From Fidelibacterota bacterium (GTDB lineage: Bacteria > Fidelibacterota > UBA2242): 64,000 nt of DNA. A model generated the notes under the pieces. The model saw nothing but the letters and a program-made list of their open reading frames with translations. It was not told the DNA's origin and did no database searches. The position numbers were made by a program, and so were the translations under genes. Below are positions 1 to 8,242 of this stretch, in pieces (within the stretch, counting starts at the first letter, position 1; every line of letters begins with the position of its first letter). The stretch covers positions 2,819-66,818 of the forward strand of contig JADHYC010000003.1 of assembly GCA_016782645.1 (NCBI GenBank), read 5' to 3'.

Positions 1-1082
1 AGACGGGCTGTAGTCTCCTCGGTGATGCCGTCGGCGAAATACTCGTCCTCAGACGAGCTTAAATTCTCGAAGGGCAATACCACCAACATTTTTCTTTGGG
101 ACACAAGCTCCTTTTCAATTGGGATGAAATAGCGTAATGTGATTCCAACAGCAAGCGCCACGACAAGAACCAGCCCACCAACCCAAAACCATCGTCGGGC
201 CCGTCTTCTAACCGCCCTCAACGGGGCTGCTGGTCGATTTCGTGTAGTCGGAGCAGCCGTTATACGCTGAAGATGACGTAAATCAGCTACAAGATCTCCT
301 GCAGTCTGGTATCGCTCGGCCGGATTCTTCTCGATGCACTTCTTGACGATTCGCTCAAGCTCCAAAGGTACTTCGGTTCTTAAACCCGTCACTGTCTCTG
401 GCTCTTCATTCAAAATAGAATAGATTACTGCCTGTTCATAATCGCCTTTAAATGGTAATTGTCCGGTAACCATCTCATACAGTACAGTACCCAGTGACCA
501 AATATCTGTTCTGTGATCAACATCCTCTCCACGCGTCTGCTCAGGTGACATATAGGCTGCTGTACCTGTTGTGGTGCCAGTTTTGGTAAGCCTTGCTTGT
601 CCGGCTAATTTCGCAAGACCAAAATCCAAAATCTTCGCAATCCCATCCTTGGTAATCATTATATTAGCCGGTTTGATATCTCTATGCACAATGTCACGTT
701 CATATGCTCTGGCGAGACCTTGAGCAACTTGTATGGCAATTTCAATAGCTTCCTTAATTTTGACAGGACCACTCTTGATCTTTTGATTCAACGTCTTACC
801 TTCATAGTAATCCATGCATATGAACATTTGTCCTTCATCGGTTTCATCAATCTCATGAATAGTACAAATGTTATTGTGTTGAAGAGCTGATGCTGCTTGA
901 GCTTCCTGGATGAATCGAGACTTTGCCTCTGGATCGAGACTAAATGCTGGGGGAAGAAATTTTAGGGCAACGGTGCGTTTTAGCTTCGTGTCCTCTGCTT
1001 TATAGACTACGCCCATTCCGCCCTCGCCGAGTTTTTCGAGTATACGATAATGTGAAATTACTTTCCCATTTGGGATCGCCAT
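1..1082 (-). CDS. Ser/Thr protein kinase (Hanks-type), partial; CDS runs off window start
   Basis: Reverse-strand translation from ATG at 1082 gives MAIPNGKVISHYRILEKLGEGGMGVVYKA...HRDIKPANIM...DFGLAK...MSPEQ. The C-terminal region has the VVLPFENLSSSEDEYFADGITEE motif, typical of TolB-N/CadC-like sensor fusions. No stop codon occurs before position 1. Confidence 0.9.
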   Translation of the reverse strand, partial: MAIPNGKVISHYRILEKLGEGGMGVVYKAEDTKLKRTVALKFLPPAFSLDPEAKSRFIQEAQAASALQHNNICTIHEIDETDEGQMFICMDYYEGKTLNQKIKSGPVKIKEAIEIAIQVAQGLARAYERDIVHRDIKPANIMITKDGIAKILDFGLAKLAGQARLTKTGTTTGTAAYMSPEQTRGEDVDHRTDIWSLGTVLYEMVTGQLPFKGDYEQAVIYSILNEEPETVTGLRTEVPLELERIVKKCIEKNPAERYQTAGDLVADLRHLQRITAAPTTRNRPAAPLRAVRRRARRWFWVGGLVLVVALAVGITLRYFIPIEKELVSQRKMLVVLPFENLSSSEDEYFADGITEETTAR

Positions 1083-1190
1083 ATTAATACCTTATAGGTT
1101 ATCGAGAGCTATTCCTGCCATGGACGGGTCCACCTACATGCGGAAAGTGGGAAATTGTTTTCCCAGCATATACGCCGTCTTTTTGGTGGA

Positions 1191-2471
1191 TCATAATGTT
1201 TCTCTTTTTATTACTACCAGTGTAATATCATCCATCTGTGGAGCATCTCCAGTATGAAGTTTTACCGCTGCTATGATTTTCTCAATCAGCGTACTTGCGA
1301 GTTCATCCCTGTGCTTCATTGTAACCTCTACCAGTCTATTCTCACCGAATTCCTCCTCGTCGGCATTCATAGCTTCAGTGATGCCATCGGAGTACACTAA
1401 CAACAGGTCTCCCGGACTAAATGGAATCACCTGTTCTTTAAAAATAAAGTTTTCTAGGAAACCAAGAACAGTGCCACCGGTCTCCAATCGGCGAGGTTCT
1501 TTGTCTCCTGAGAAAAGAAATGGATAATCATGACCAGCATTAGAGTAGTATAATTCGTTTTTCTGGGTATTCAGTATTCCATAAAACAGGGTGGCAAACT
1601 TTTGAACGTCAGTGCTTTGAAAGAGGAGTTTATTTGACCGTTGGAGACAATCTTTGCAAGAGGTACTAAAGAGAGTCTGTCCTCGAAGTGTTGCCTGAAG
1701 GTTTGCCATCAACATCGCTGCTGGCATTCCTTTCCCTGAGATATCACCCAGACATATTGCCAGATGATGGTCATCGATGCGAATAAAATCATAATAATCT
1801 CCCCCAACCTCTTTAGCTGGAATACTTTTTCCAGCAATGTCATATCCAGCAATTTGAGGATTTTCCTTTGGCAACAAGTTAATCTGAATTTCATAGGCTA
1901 CTTTCAGTTCCTCTTCCATACGCAGGAGGATCTGTTCTTCTTCATACAAACGGGCGTTTTCAATAACCTGTGCCGATTGGCTGGCAATAATACACATCAG
2001 CCGCTGATCTTCAACGGTAAAACCTTCTTTCGCCTGCTTATTGAAGATATTTAGCACCCCTATCATACGACCTTTCAAGCATAAAGGGACACTCAGAAGC
2101 GATTTAATATTAAAATCCTTTCGATAAGCTATACTGAAGCGTTGATCCTTCTGAAAGTCGTTGATGACCAGAGGTTTTTGGTTCTTTAACATCCACCCTG
2201 ACAGTTGGATGCCAAAGTGGTAGGGGACCACATCAACTTTCGAGTCTACCTTACGTACCATAGTTTGGAAAGGCTTATCCGGTTTTTTCTCATCGAGAAG
2301 CATTATCGATCCCTGTTCCACTTTCAAATGTTTGATACACTTTTGGATGATCAGTTCCACTACCTGGTTTAGTTCTCTCGCGGAGCTTACTGCAGTAGCT
2401 ATTTCATTCAAAATAGAAAGTTCCTGAACAGCAGCACGCAGCCGATGTACTTCATGAGGATCTATTGTCAT
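1191..2471 (-). CDS. GAF domain + PP2C/SpoIIE-type (RsbU-like) serine phosphatase
   Basis: N-terminal GAF-like region. C-terminal GGDYYDF...GDISGKGMPAAMLMA...SDGITEA motifs are characteristic of the SpoIIE/RsbU PP2C family. Confidence 0.85.
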   Translation of the reverse strand: MTIDPHEVHRLRAAVQELSILNEIATAVSSARELNQVVELIIQKCIKHLKVEQGSIMLLDEKKPDKPFQTMVRKVDSKVDVVPYHFGIQLSGWMLKNQKPLVINDFQKDQRFSIAYRKDFNIKSLLSVPLCLKGRMIGVLNIFNKQAKEGFTVEDQRLMCIIASQSAQVIENARLYEEEQILLRMEEELKVAYEIQINLLPKENPQIAGYDIAGKSIPAKEVGGDYYDFIRIDDHHLAICLGDISGKGMPAAMLMANLQATLRGQTLFSTSCKDCLQRSNKLLFQSTDVQKFATLFYGILNTQKNELYYSNAGHDYPFLFSGDKEPRRLETGGTVLGFLENFIFKEQVIPFSPGDLLLVYSDGITEAMNADEEEFGENRLVEVTMKHRDELASTLIEKIIAAVKLHTGDAPQMDDITLVVIKRETL

Positions 2472-2508
2472 GATCTGATTAATGCTTTTTAGTCAAGGTC
2501 GATATTCC

Positions 2509-3318
2509 TCAGCCTGTTTCATAGCTCTCAATGGCTTCATCAACCGTGTCAAAGCTTTTGAACACTTTTACCAATTGTGTCGTCATTAAGACGCTGTAAA
2601 TTTTACGTGTAGGGCGGGCAATCCTCAAATCACCTCCAGCATTGCATAATGAAGTATAGGAAGCAAGTAGAGCTCCCAAACCGGTACTAGCAAACCATTT
2701 CACTTTTCCCATATCTACCACAATCTTTATTTGACTCTTTTCAATGAGCTCCTTGATATAAGGATGTAAGTGAATACTTTCTGGACCATTCATCATCTTG
2801 CCAGATAATGTTAAGAGCGTGACATCTCCTTTAATAGTTTCTTTAATCCTCATTTCGCTATTCTCCTCCTTTTTTTTCTTTTTAATGTACTTAATCAGAG
2901 TAATTTCATTAATATTGTCTGGTTTTCTCTCAAAATTTACTTCATCCATTAGCGCTTTTATGAGAGGGATTCCTAAACCACCATTCTTATAAGCCATGAA
3001 GTCTTGATTAATATTAAACTGTTCAATATCATCAAATTCAAATGCTTCTCCTCTGTTCTTAATTACTGCTTTGATTGCTTTCTCATCAATTGAAACTTTT
3101 AAGTCAACGCAGGATAGTCGATTACTACTAACTCCATGACGGAAGGCATTGTGGCAGGCTTCCCCAATGGCTAATTCAACCAAGTCTGCTTCCATATCTT
3201 CAAGACCATGTTGGGTGGAAATAAAGTGAATTAACTCCTTTATTTGTTCTAAATGTTTTTCAGAACCAGAAATTGAGATTTTGTAAATTGGATTGGATGA
3301 AGTTGAAATTCTGATCAT
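2509..3318 (-). CDS. Fusion protein: RsbW-like anti-sigma regulatory factor (HATPase_c_2 Ser kinase) + STAS anti-sigma-factor antagonist
   Basis: N-terminal half has ELAIGEACHNAFRHG...GGLGIPLIKALMDEV (RsbW/SpoIIAB kinase motifs). A KKKKKEE linker follows. C-terminal half is STAS-like (IVVDMGKVKWFASTGLGALL, a putative phospho-Ser/Thr site). The stop overlaps the downstream PP2C start (ATGA). Confidence 0.75.
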   Translation of the reverse strand: MIRISTSSNPIYKISISGSEKHLEQIKELIHFISTQHGLEDMEADLVELAIGEACHNAFRHGVSSNRLSCVDLKVSIDEKAIKAVIKNRGEAFEFDDIEQFNINQDFMAYKNGGLGIPLIKALMDEVNFERKPDNINEITLIKYIKKKKKEENSEMRIKETIKGDVTLLTLSGKMMNGPESIHLHPYIKELIEKSQIKIVVDMGKVKWFASTGLGALLASYTSLCNAGGDLRIARPTRKIYSVLMTTQLVKVFKSFDTVDEAIESYETG

Positions 3319-4034
3319 TGGTCAACTCTAATTACAGTAACAGTTATATTATCATTACCACCGCGCTCATTAGCTAAATTGACAAGCTCTTTGCAGGCAT
3401 TTGTTGGGGAATGCTTCTCCACTATTCGTAGCATCTCCTCACCACCTACTTTTCCAGAAAGACCATCAGAACACAGAAGAAGCACATCACCGTTCTCAAG
3501 TTTTTCACTCGAAATATCAGGTTGTATATTTCCACTTCCCACCGCTTGTAAAATTAAGTTCTTATTAGGGTGAACCTCAGCTATATCATTGGTGATAATA
3601 CCCTTATCCACCATCTGCTGTACCAATGAATGATCCTTAGTAATCTGACGCCATGTTCCCTGCCTGAACAGGTAAATTCTACTATCACCAACGTGGGCAA
3701 AATGTGCAATACTGTCCTTAATTAAAACTGCCACGATAGTGGCCCCCATTCCTTTGAAGTTTTGGTCCTCAGCAGCCTTAAATATTATCTTTTGATTAGT
3801 ATCTAAAATTGCTGACCGGAGAAATAGTGACGGATTTAAAACCGGCTTTAACTTAAATGATTCACAAATGATATTGACAGTCATCCGTGAAGCCGTTTTG
3901 CCACCGCGGTGTCCTCCCATTCCATCAGCTACTATAAAAAGGTACCCCCAAGAAGTTATTTCAGAGCCAAAGTAGTCCTGATTTGTTTCCCGGACCTTCC
4001 CTTTGTCAGAATAATTACCGTCTAAAAGTTTCAA
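3315..4034 (-). CDS. PP2C-family Ser/Thr protein phosphatase (Stp/PrpC-like)
   Basis: DGMGGHRGG, VGDSRIYL and CSDGLSG motifs; ~240 aa, typical of bacterial PP2C phosphatases. Confidence 0.85.
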   Translation of the reverse strand: MKLLDGNYSDKGKVRETNQDYFGSEITSWGYLFIVADGMGGHRGGKTASRMTVNIICESFKLKPVLNPSLFLRSAILDTNQKIIFKAAEDQNFKGMGATIVAVLIKDSIAHFAHVGDSRIYLFRQGTWRQITKDHSLVQQMVDKGIITNDIAEVHPNKNLILQAVGSGNIQPDISSEKLENGDVLLLCSDGLSGKVGGEEMLRIVEKHSPTNACKELVNLANERGGNDNITVTVIRVDQ

Positions 4035-4301
4035 TTTTTACACCTACATCAATTCCACATAGTATTTACCGGCTTTTCACATAGCAATATAATCTTGAGT
4101 GATAACATTTTGCAATAAAAAAATTAAGAAAAATGACAAATTTTAACATTGTAGATTAAATAATAAATACGTTTCAAATGATGCACTATGTTTTAAAATG
4201 AATGGTATGTAAATACTATACTGAATGATATATTGTCTTTTTACTCGTAAAAATTGCGATCGGTAATGGGAGAGGGAGAATTCTTCTGGTAAAGGTGGTC
4301 T

Positions 4302-4559
4302 TTATTTCTCATCAGAATCAATACTGACAGGGGTAAATTGTAGAATGTATAGGCCTGAACACACACTTGCCACATACGCATAGCTATAAACGTCACAGGC
4401 CTCCCCAGGAGTTTCATAGTATCCCACTTCATAAGGATTCGATGGTGTGGAGACATCTATGATACGAAGCCCTACATCGATTGATTGGAGGAGGGTTTTT
4501 CTATTATGTATACAGTTTACGTTATGCGGAGCAGTGAAGGCTTTATTTATCCGGTTCAT
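4302..4559 (-). pseudogene. Fragment of an LVIVD-repeat (beta-propeller surface) protein, one repeat unit only
   Basis: [46 protein letters not shown] matches the LVIVD repeat consensus (IDVSNPSNP..G.YDTPG.A.GV.V...YAYVA). Only 85 aa, no N-terminal or further repeats, GC-rich context. Confidence 0.4.
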
Positions 4560-4608
4560 TAATTAGTTAGAAAGCCTGAACATTTGATTCCGTTAGGTTT
4601 AGGTCACT

Positions 4609-5889
4609 CTAATTTTCTGCGTGATTAATCAGAGCTTCCAGGTAGCGTGATTTCACCTGTTGGCTTGCAAGGGCCTGTTTGAACGGAGGAAGTTTTAGAA
4701 TTACGCCTAAAACTCCAGCCATGGCTCGATGACTCCATAAGACCTGATTGTCAAAAATCAGGTTCTGCAACTTACCCCGTTCAATGGCCATCAACACCAC
4801 CCTGTGTGTGCCATTCAGGGGGGTAATAACTCTACTTGGTCGAGATTTCAGGTGAATACTGTTCTTTGTGCAAGTCCTAACGCAAACACCGCATCCCAGA
4901 CAGAGATCTTCATCCAACTTCGCCACTTTCATTTTGGGCTTGGCTGGGTTGTTCGATGAAACCAATGTCATTGCTTCTACCGGGCAGGCGGTCACACACT
5001 TGCCACATCCGTTGCAATCAGATTCGGACACAATAGGGATAAAGTTGGTTGTATGGACAGGGTTGAGAATTGCAAAACGTCTGGCAACGATCATCGCCTC
5101 GCAGCAGCACCCACAGCAGTTGCAAATGAAATTAACTTTCTCTCTTACATTTTCACCGAACTGAACCAGTTTTTGTTCATAAGCTTCCTGCAATAAATCA
5201 AGACATTCTTCCTTCTCTATCGAACGGGCACAACCGTACTTAATAAGCGACGCTGCTGTGTTGTTAAATGTCATGCATATTTCCTGCGGTGCATTGCAGG
5301 CTCTGCCCATATGATGCATCTTGTGACGGCAATAACAGATCCCAACACCCCGGTAAGTAGCATTATTTATGACTTCAGTCGCTCGCTCGTAATCCAGAAC
5401 ATACAGTGCATTTTCTTCGGACAAGGCAGGTTCATGGACAAAGGTACGCCCCAACTGAGTTTGGCCCTGGGTGAATAGCTCCCTGATGAAATCTTCTTCC
5501 ACATTTATGTATTCATAAAACAGTTCACTTAATACCTTCTGATCAATGTCATTTCGCACACGCATTAAGGAGAACTCGAAAAACCCCGCCATCGGAGGCG
5601 GCAGAGCATAAACGGACTCCCCATTCTGTTCGATGTCAACCAGGATAGCGCGACCAGCCAATTCATCCAGCACCTTTTGAGTGCTAGTCAGATCCATTTT
5701 CCAGATACGGCTGGCTTTTTTCGCTGTGAAGGATTTGATAGGCATGAGTGAAACCAGTTTGGCCTCTTTCTCACTAAAAAGCATTTTCAAGATTTTGAAT
5801 AATAGTTCAGAAGAGGGTGCGCCCTGAGGATAACGATTCAATCTGTCTGCTAGATTGGAATAACTGGATTTGATTGTGCTATGAGCCAT
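4609..5889 (-). CDS. Cys-rich iron-sulfur protein with two 4Fe-4S ferredoxin-type motifs
   Basis: CNGCGKCVTACP and CLGCGVCVRTC ferredoxin motifs, plus additional Cys clusters (CNCCGCCCEAM, CYCRHKMHHMGRAC). Function unknown. Confidence 0.6.
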   Translation of the reverse strand: MAHSTIKSSYSNLADRLNRYPQGAPSSELLFKILKMLFSEKEAKLVSLMPIKSFTAKKASRIWKMDLTSTQKVLDELAGRAILVDIEQNGESVYALPPPMAGFFEFSLMRVRNDIDQKVLSELFYEYINVEEDFIRELFTQGQTQLGRTFVHEPALSEENALYVLDYERATEVINNATYRGVGICYCRHKMHHMGRACNAPQEICMTFNNTAASLIKYGCARSIEKEECLDLLQEAYEQKLVQFGENVREKVNFICNCCGCCCEAMIVARRFAILNPVHTTNFIPIVSESDCNGCGKCVTACPVEAMTLVSSNNPAKPKMKVAKLDEDLCLGCGVCVRTCTKNSIHLKSRPSRVITPLNGTHRVVLMAIERGKLQNLIFDNQVLWSHRAMAGVLGVILKLPPFKQALASQQVKSRYLEALINHAEN

Positions 5890-5996
5890 GGTTTTATTTT
5901 TGTCTTTCTAACAGTCAATGCGTGAGATACGCCGGTTTTCGAAGCGATTTCATTTGGTAATTCTTAGCTGTTTTGAAAATAGCTCATACTCTTAAA

Positions 5997-6029
5997 TCGT
6001 TGAACAGCTCAAGACGTTATCTCCACGCA
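5997..6029 (+). repeat. Direct repeat copy 1 (atcgttgaacagctcaagacgttatctccacgc)
   Basis: ~85% identical to copy 2 at 6715-6744, same orientation. Together they flank ORF 6136..6666. Confidence 0.6.
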
Positions 6030-6135
6030 ATGATTCCACTGCTTGCACTCTGACGCCGAATTAAAGATTTTCGAATATCGTTATTTTATTTATATGGCGT
6101 CAAGTGCGAAGCAGTTTCGTTATGCATCTTTTTCA

Positions 6136-6666
6136 TTATTCATTTTCTTCCTCTAACAAGTCAGTAAGAAGTTTTCTAACATCCATATAATCCAAATTTC
6201 TCAACAGAAATGAGGAATCAATATAATAGTTAGAAAGCTTCTTCCAATATAATCCACTTTGTAGCCTGTCTAAGAATTCTCGAATTTTATACCTTATAAC
6301 CTTGTTGTCGGGATTGGAGATTCCTGTCACATCACCGATCTTGCTTCGATAGTCGATGATAACTCGACTAAATTGCTTTGGTACTCGCTTACCTCTAAAA
6401 AACCAAAGATCCGCCTTGATTTGCATTTCTTCTGCATAAAATTCAATCCATCCAATAATGCGGTTGTATTTCCAAGAGATCTTCCGAGGATTAATAGGAG
6501 GTGGATTATCGCACAAGTATTGTTCATAACTACTATCGTAATTAAATCCATTCTTCTTTTCTTGTTCAATCCTGCGATCCCGAATTTTAGTTAAGTACTC
6601 GTGATATTTTTCGAGTTGTTCTCGATAGATTGGAACACGAAAGATTAAATTATCCTTACGCGACAT
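6136..6666 (-). CDS. Hypothetical protein (176 aa), very AT-rich
   Basis: Intact ORF rich in K/N/Y/I. No recognisable motif. Flanked by ~30-bp direct repeats. Confidence 0.5.
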   Translation of the reverse strand: MSRKDNLIFRVPIYREQLEKYHEYLTKIRDRRIEQEKKNGFNYDSSYEQYLCDNPPPINPRKISWKYNRIIGWIEFYAEEMQIKADLWFFRGKRVPKQFSRVIIDYRSKIGDVTGISNPDNKVIRYKIREFLDRLQSGLYWKKLSNYYIDSSFLLRNLDYMDVRKLLTDLLEEENE

Positions 6667-6714
6667 AGTATTTAAAAATTAAAAATGGTTTTGAATGTTC
6701 TAAACTCTGAAATC

Positions 6715-6744
6715 ATCGAATAGCTCAAGGCGATATCTCCACGC
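6715..6744 (+). repeat. Direct repeat copy 2 (atcgaatagctcaaggcgatatctccacgc)
   Basis: Matches 5997-6029. Confidence 0.6.
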
Positions 6745-6893
6745 GAGTTATTTGTTCATTAGTCGTAACATTTGCTTTATTGTGGTGAAAAACTAATATA
6801 CCCGATTAGTAATGATTTATTTTCATCATAATTGAATAATAGGCGTATTAAAAAACACGCTTCACCATCACCATATCCATTAGGAATTGAGAA

Positions 6894-7700
6894 TTAAACA
6901 AGAATTCTAATAATATCATCAGGATCACCAATATCTGATAAATTTATTTTTGAAATGTCTTTTGTACGTGATAATGTTATTTGATATGGTGCTTCAGTAG
7001 TGGCATTTAAATAATAACCTGAACCGGCTCCTATTTGCTGAATAGCTACGGTTTCGGCTTCAACACTTGTAATATGTGCAGTTTTCATACCTATATTCCG
7101 AAATCTAAAATCTAAAATTGCAGGTGTACAAAAGGGAATATCAAACTCTATAAATTCTTTAGGTTTAAATTTCATATTACATTCTATAGGTTCAAATTCA
7201 TAGAATTTAAGACGTTTCGATTCAATTATCGCTCTTTTTAATATTTCATTGCTTTTCCAGTATAAACGAGAATTAGAAATGTCAAACCATCTCCAAATAA
7301 AAGATAAATATTTTTTTTCAAATACATTTTCATATTTATTATACAGAGTTTGAAGTTTATTCTTAATGATATAATCATAATAGAATCTTCCATATTTCAT
7401 TCGATCTAATTGTTCTTTTTTATTGGCAAAGTTTTCAATTGAGTTCTGTAAATATGGTATTGTAGAATTATTTAAATCCTGATTTAATACATTGCTCTTA
7501 TAGTATTGTTGTACTTTATTGATTGCTTTATTTAGTTCTTTCACTGAGTAAAAAGTTTTTTTCCAAGACTTTTCATAAGCATCTATATATTCAAGTTTGA
7601 GTTTAGCAGGACGAAATTTCCTTTTGTATATGTAAATTGGTATTGCTATTGCGATTATTGGAATAAAAATATATGCAATAAATAAAGTAATATTATCCAT
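6894..7700 (-). CDS. Hypothetical membrane-anchored protein (N-terminal TM helix)
   Basis: N-terminus MDNITLFIAYIFIPIIAIAIPIYIY is strongly hydrophobic. The remainder is a K/N/Y-rich soluble region with no recognised domain. Confidence 0.5.
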   Translation of the reverse strand: MDNITLFIAYIFIPIIAIAIPIYIYKRKFRPAKLKLEYIDAYEKSWKKTFYSVKELNKAINKVQQYYKSNVLNQDLNNSTIPYLQNSIENFANKKEQLDRMKYGRFYYDYIIKNKLQTLYNKYENVFEKKYLSFIWRWFDISNSRLYWKSNEILKRAIIESKRLKFYEFEPIECNMKFKPKEFIEFDIPFCTPAILDFRFRNIGMKTAHITSVEAETVAIQQIGAGSGYYLNATTEAPYQITLSRTKDISKINLSDIGDPDDIIRILV

Positions 7701-7904
7701 TATTTCACAACTTTACTATTGATTAGAATATATCCTATGATTATATGACATAATTCACAATTTCAATGTTTCTCATCAGAGAAATTTTTAGTGATAAGAA
7801 CTTTTAAATAAAACTTTCTTCATAATTTTAATTTACTTATTGACAATCCTATTTTCAAGACTTAATGCAGCCACCTCTTGATATATTACTAAGGAGAGCG
7901 TATA

Positions 7905-7958
7905 ATGGATTACATCGTCTTGAATATCGAACAAGGAATTCTGAATGTTGATTTTTGA
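7905..7958 (+). CDS. Mini-ORF 1 (MDYIVLNIEQGILNVDF, 17 aa) with strong SD
   Basis: AAGGAG lies 8 nt upstream of the ATG. A near-identical leader and first four codons recur at 8044. Confidence 0.3.
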   Translation: MDYIVLNIEQGILNVDF

Positions 7959-7989
7959 AGTAAAATTCAATATTCGCTAATCGATGTTC

Positions 7990-8020
7990 CCTGCCTGACG
8001 GCAGGCAGGCTTGTTCATTA
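7990..8020 (+). terminator. GC-rich hairpin (cctgcctg-acgg-caggcagg) followed by T-rich tract
   Basis: Perfect 8-bp GC stem in a ~28% GC region, followed by cttgttcattatt. It sits between the two mini-ORFs. Confidence 0.35.
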
Positions 8021-8043
8021 TTAAACGATTCTAAAGGATTTTA

Positions 8044-8100
8044 ATGGATTACATCATAGACAATAAAAATAGGATAAAACTGAAGATAAATTCACTGTAA
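8044..8100 (+). CDS. Mini-ORF 2 (MDYIIDNKNRIKLKINSL, 18 aa) with SD-like AAAGGA
   Basis: Shares the 14-nt string taATGGATTACATC with mini-ORF 1. Confidence 0.3.
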   Translation: MDYIIDNKNRIKLKINSL

Positions 8101-8242
8101 AATGCAATTAATAAATAGCCCCCATTAGTAACTCCCGGATTTTCTTTTTCTTATTCCATTGACATCCAACAGATTAAAGTGTTTTTACACTCTGAACGGC
8201 GAACACTGAACCTGTGAACGCCTACAATAATTTTTATACTTA

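Noticed and set aside
1273-1527. Small ORFs antisense to or nested in large genes (for example 1273..1527, 1764..2054, 33092..33463, 34029..34235, 59053..59586, 62257..62484, 51112..51477)
   Set aside because: Each overlaps a well-supported longer CDS on the opposite strand, has low-complexity composition (S/L/F-rich) and no motifs. Treated as spurious.
6700-6760. Sigma54 (-24/-12) promoter within the direct repeats (TGGAGATATCGCCTTGAGC on minus strand)
   Set aside because: The TGG...TTG spacing is 2 nt too long and the GC/TTGC consensus is not met.
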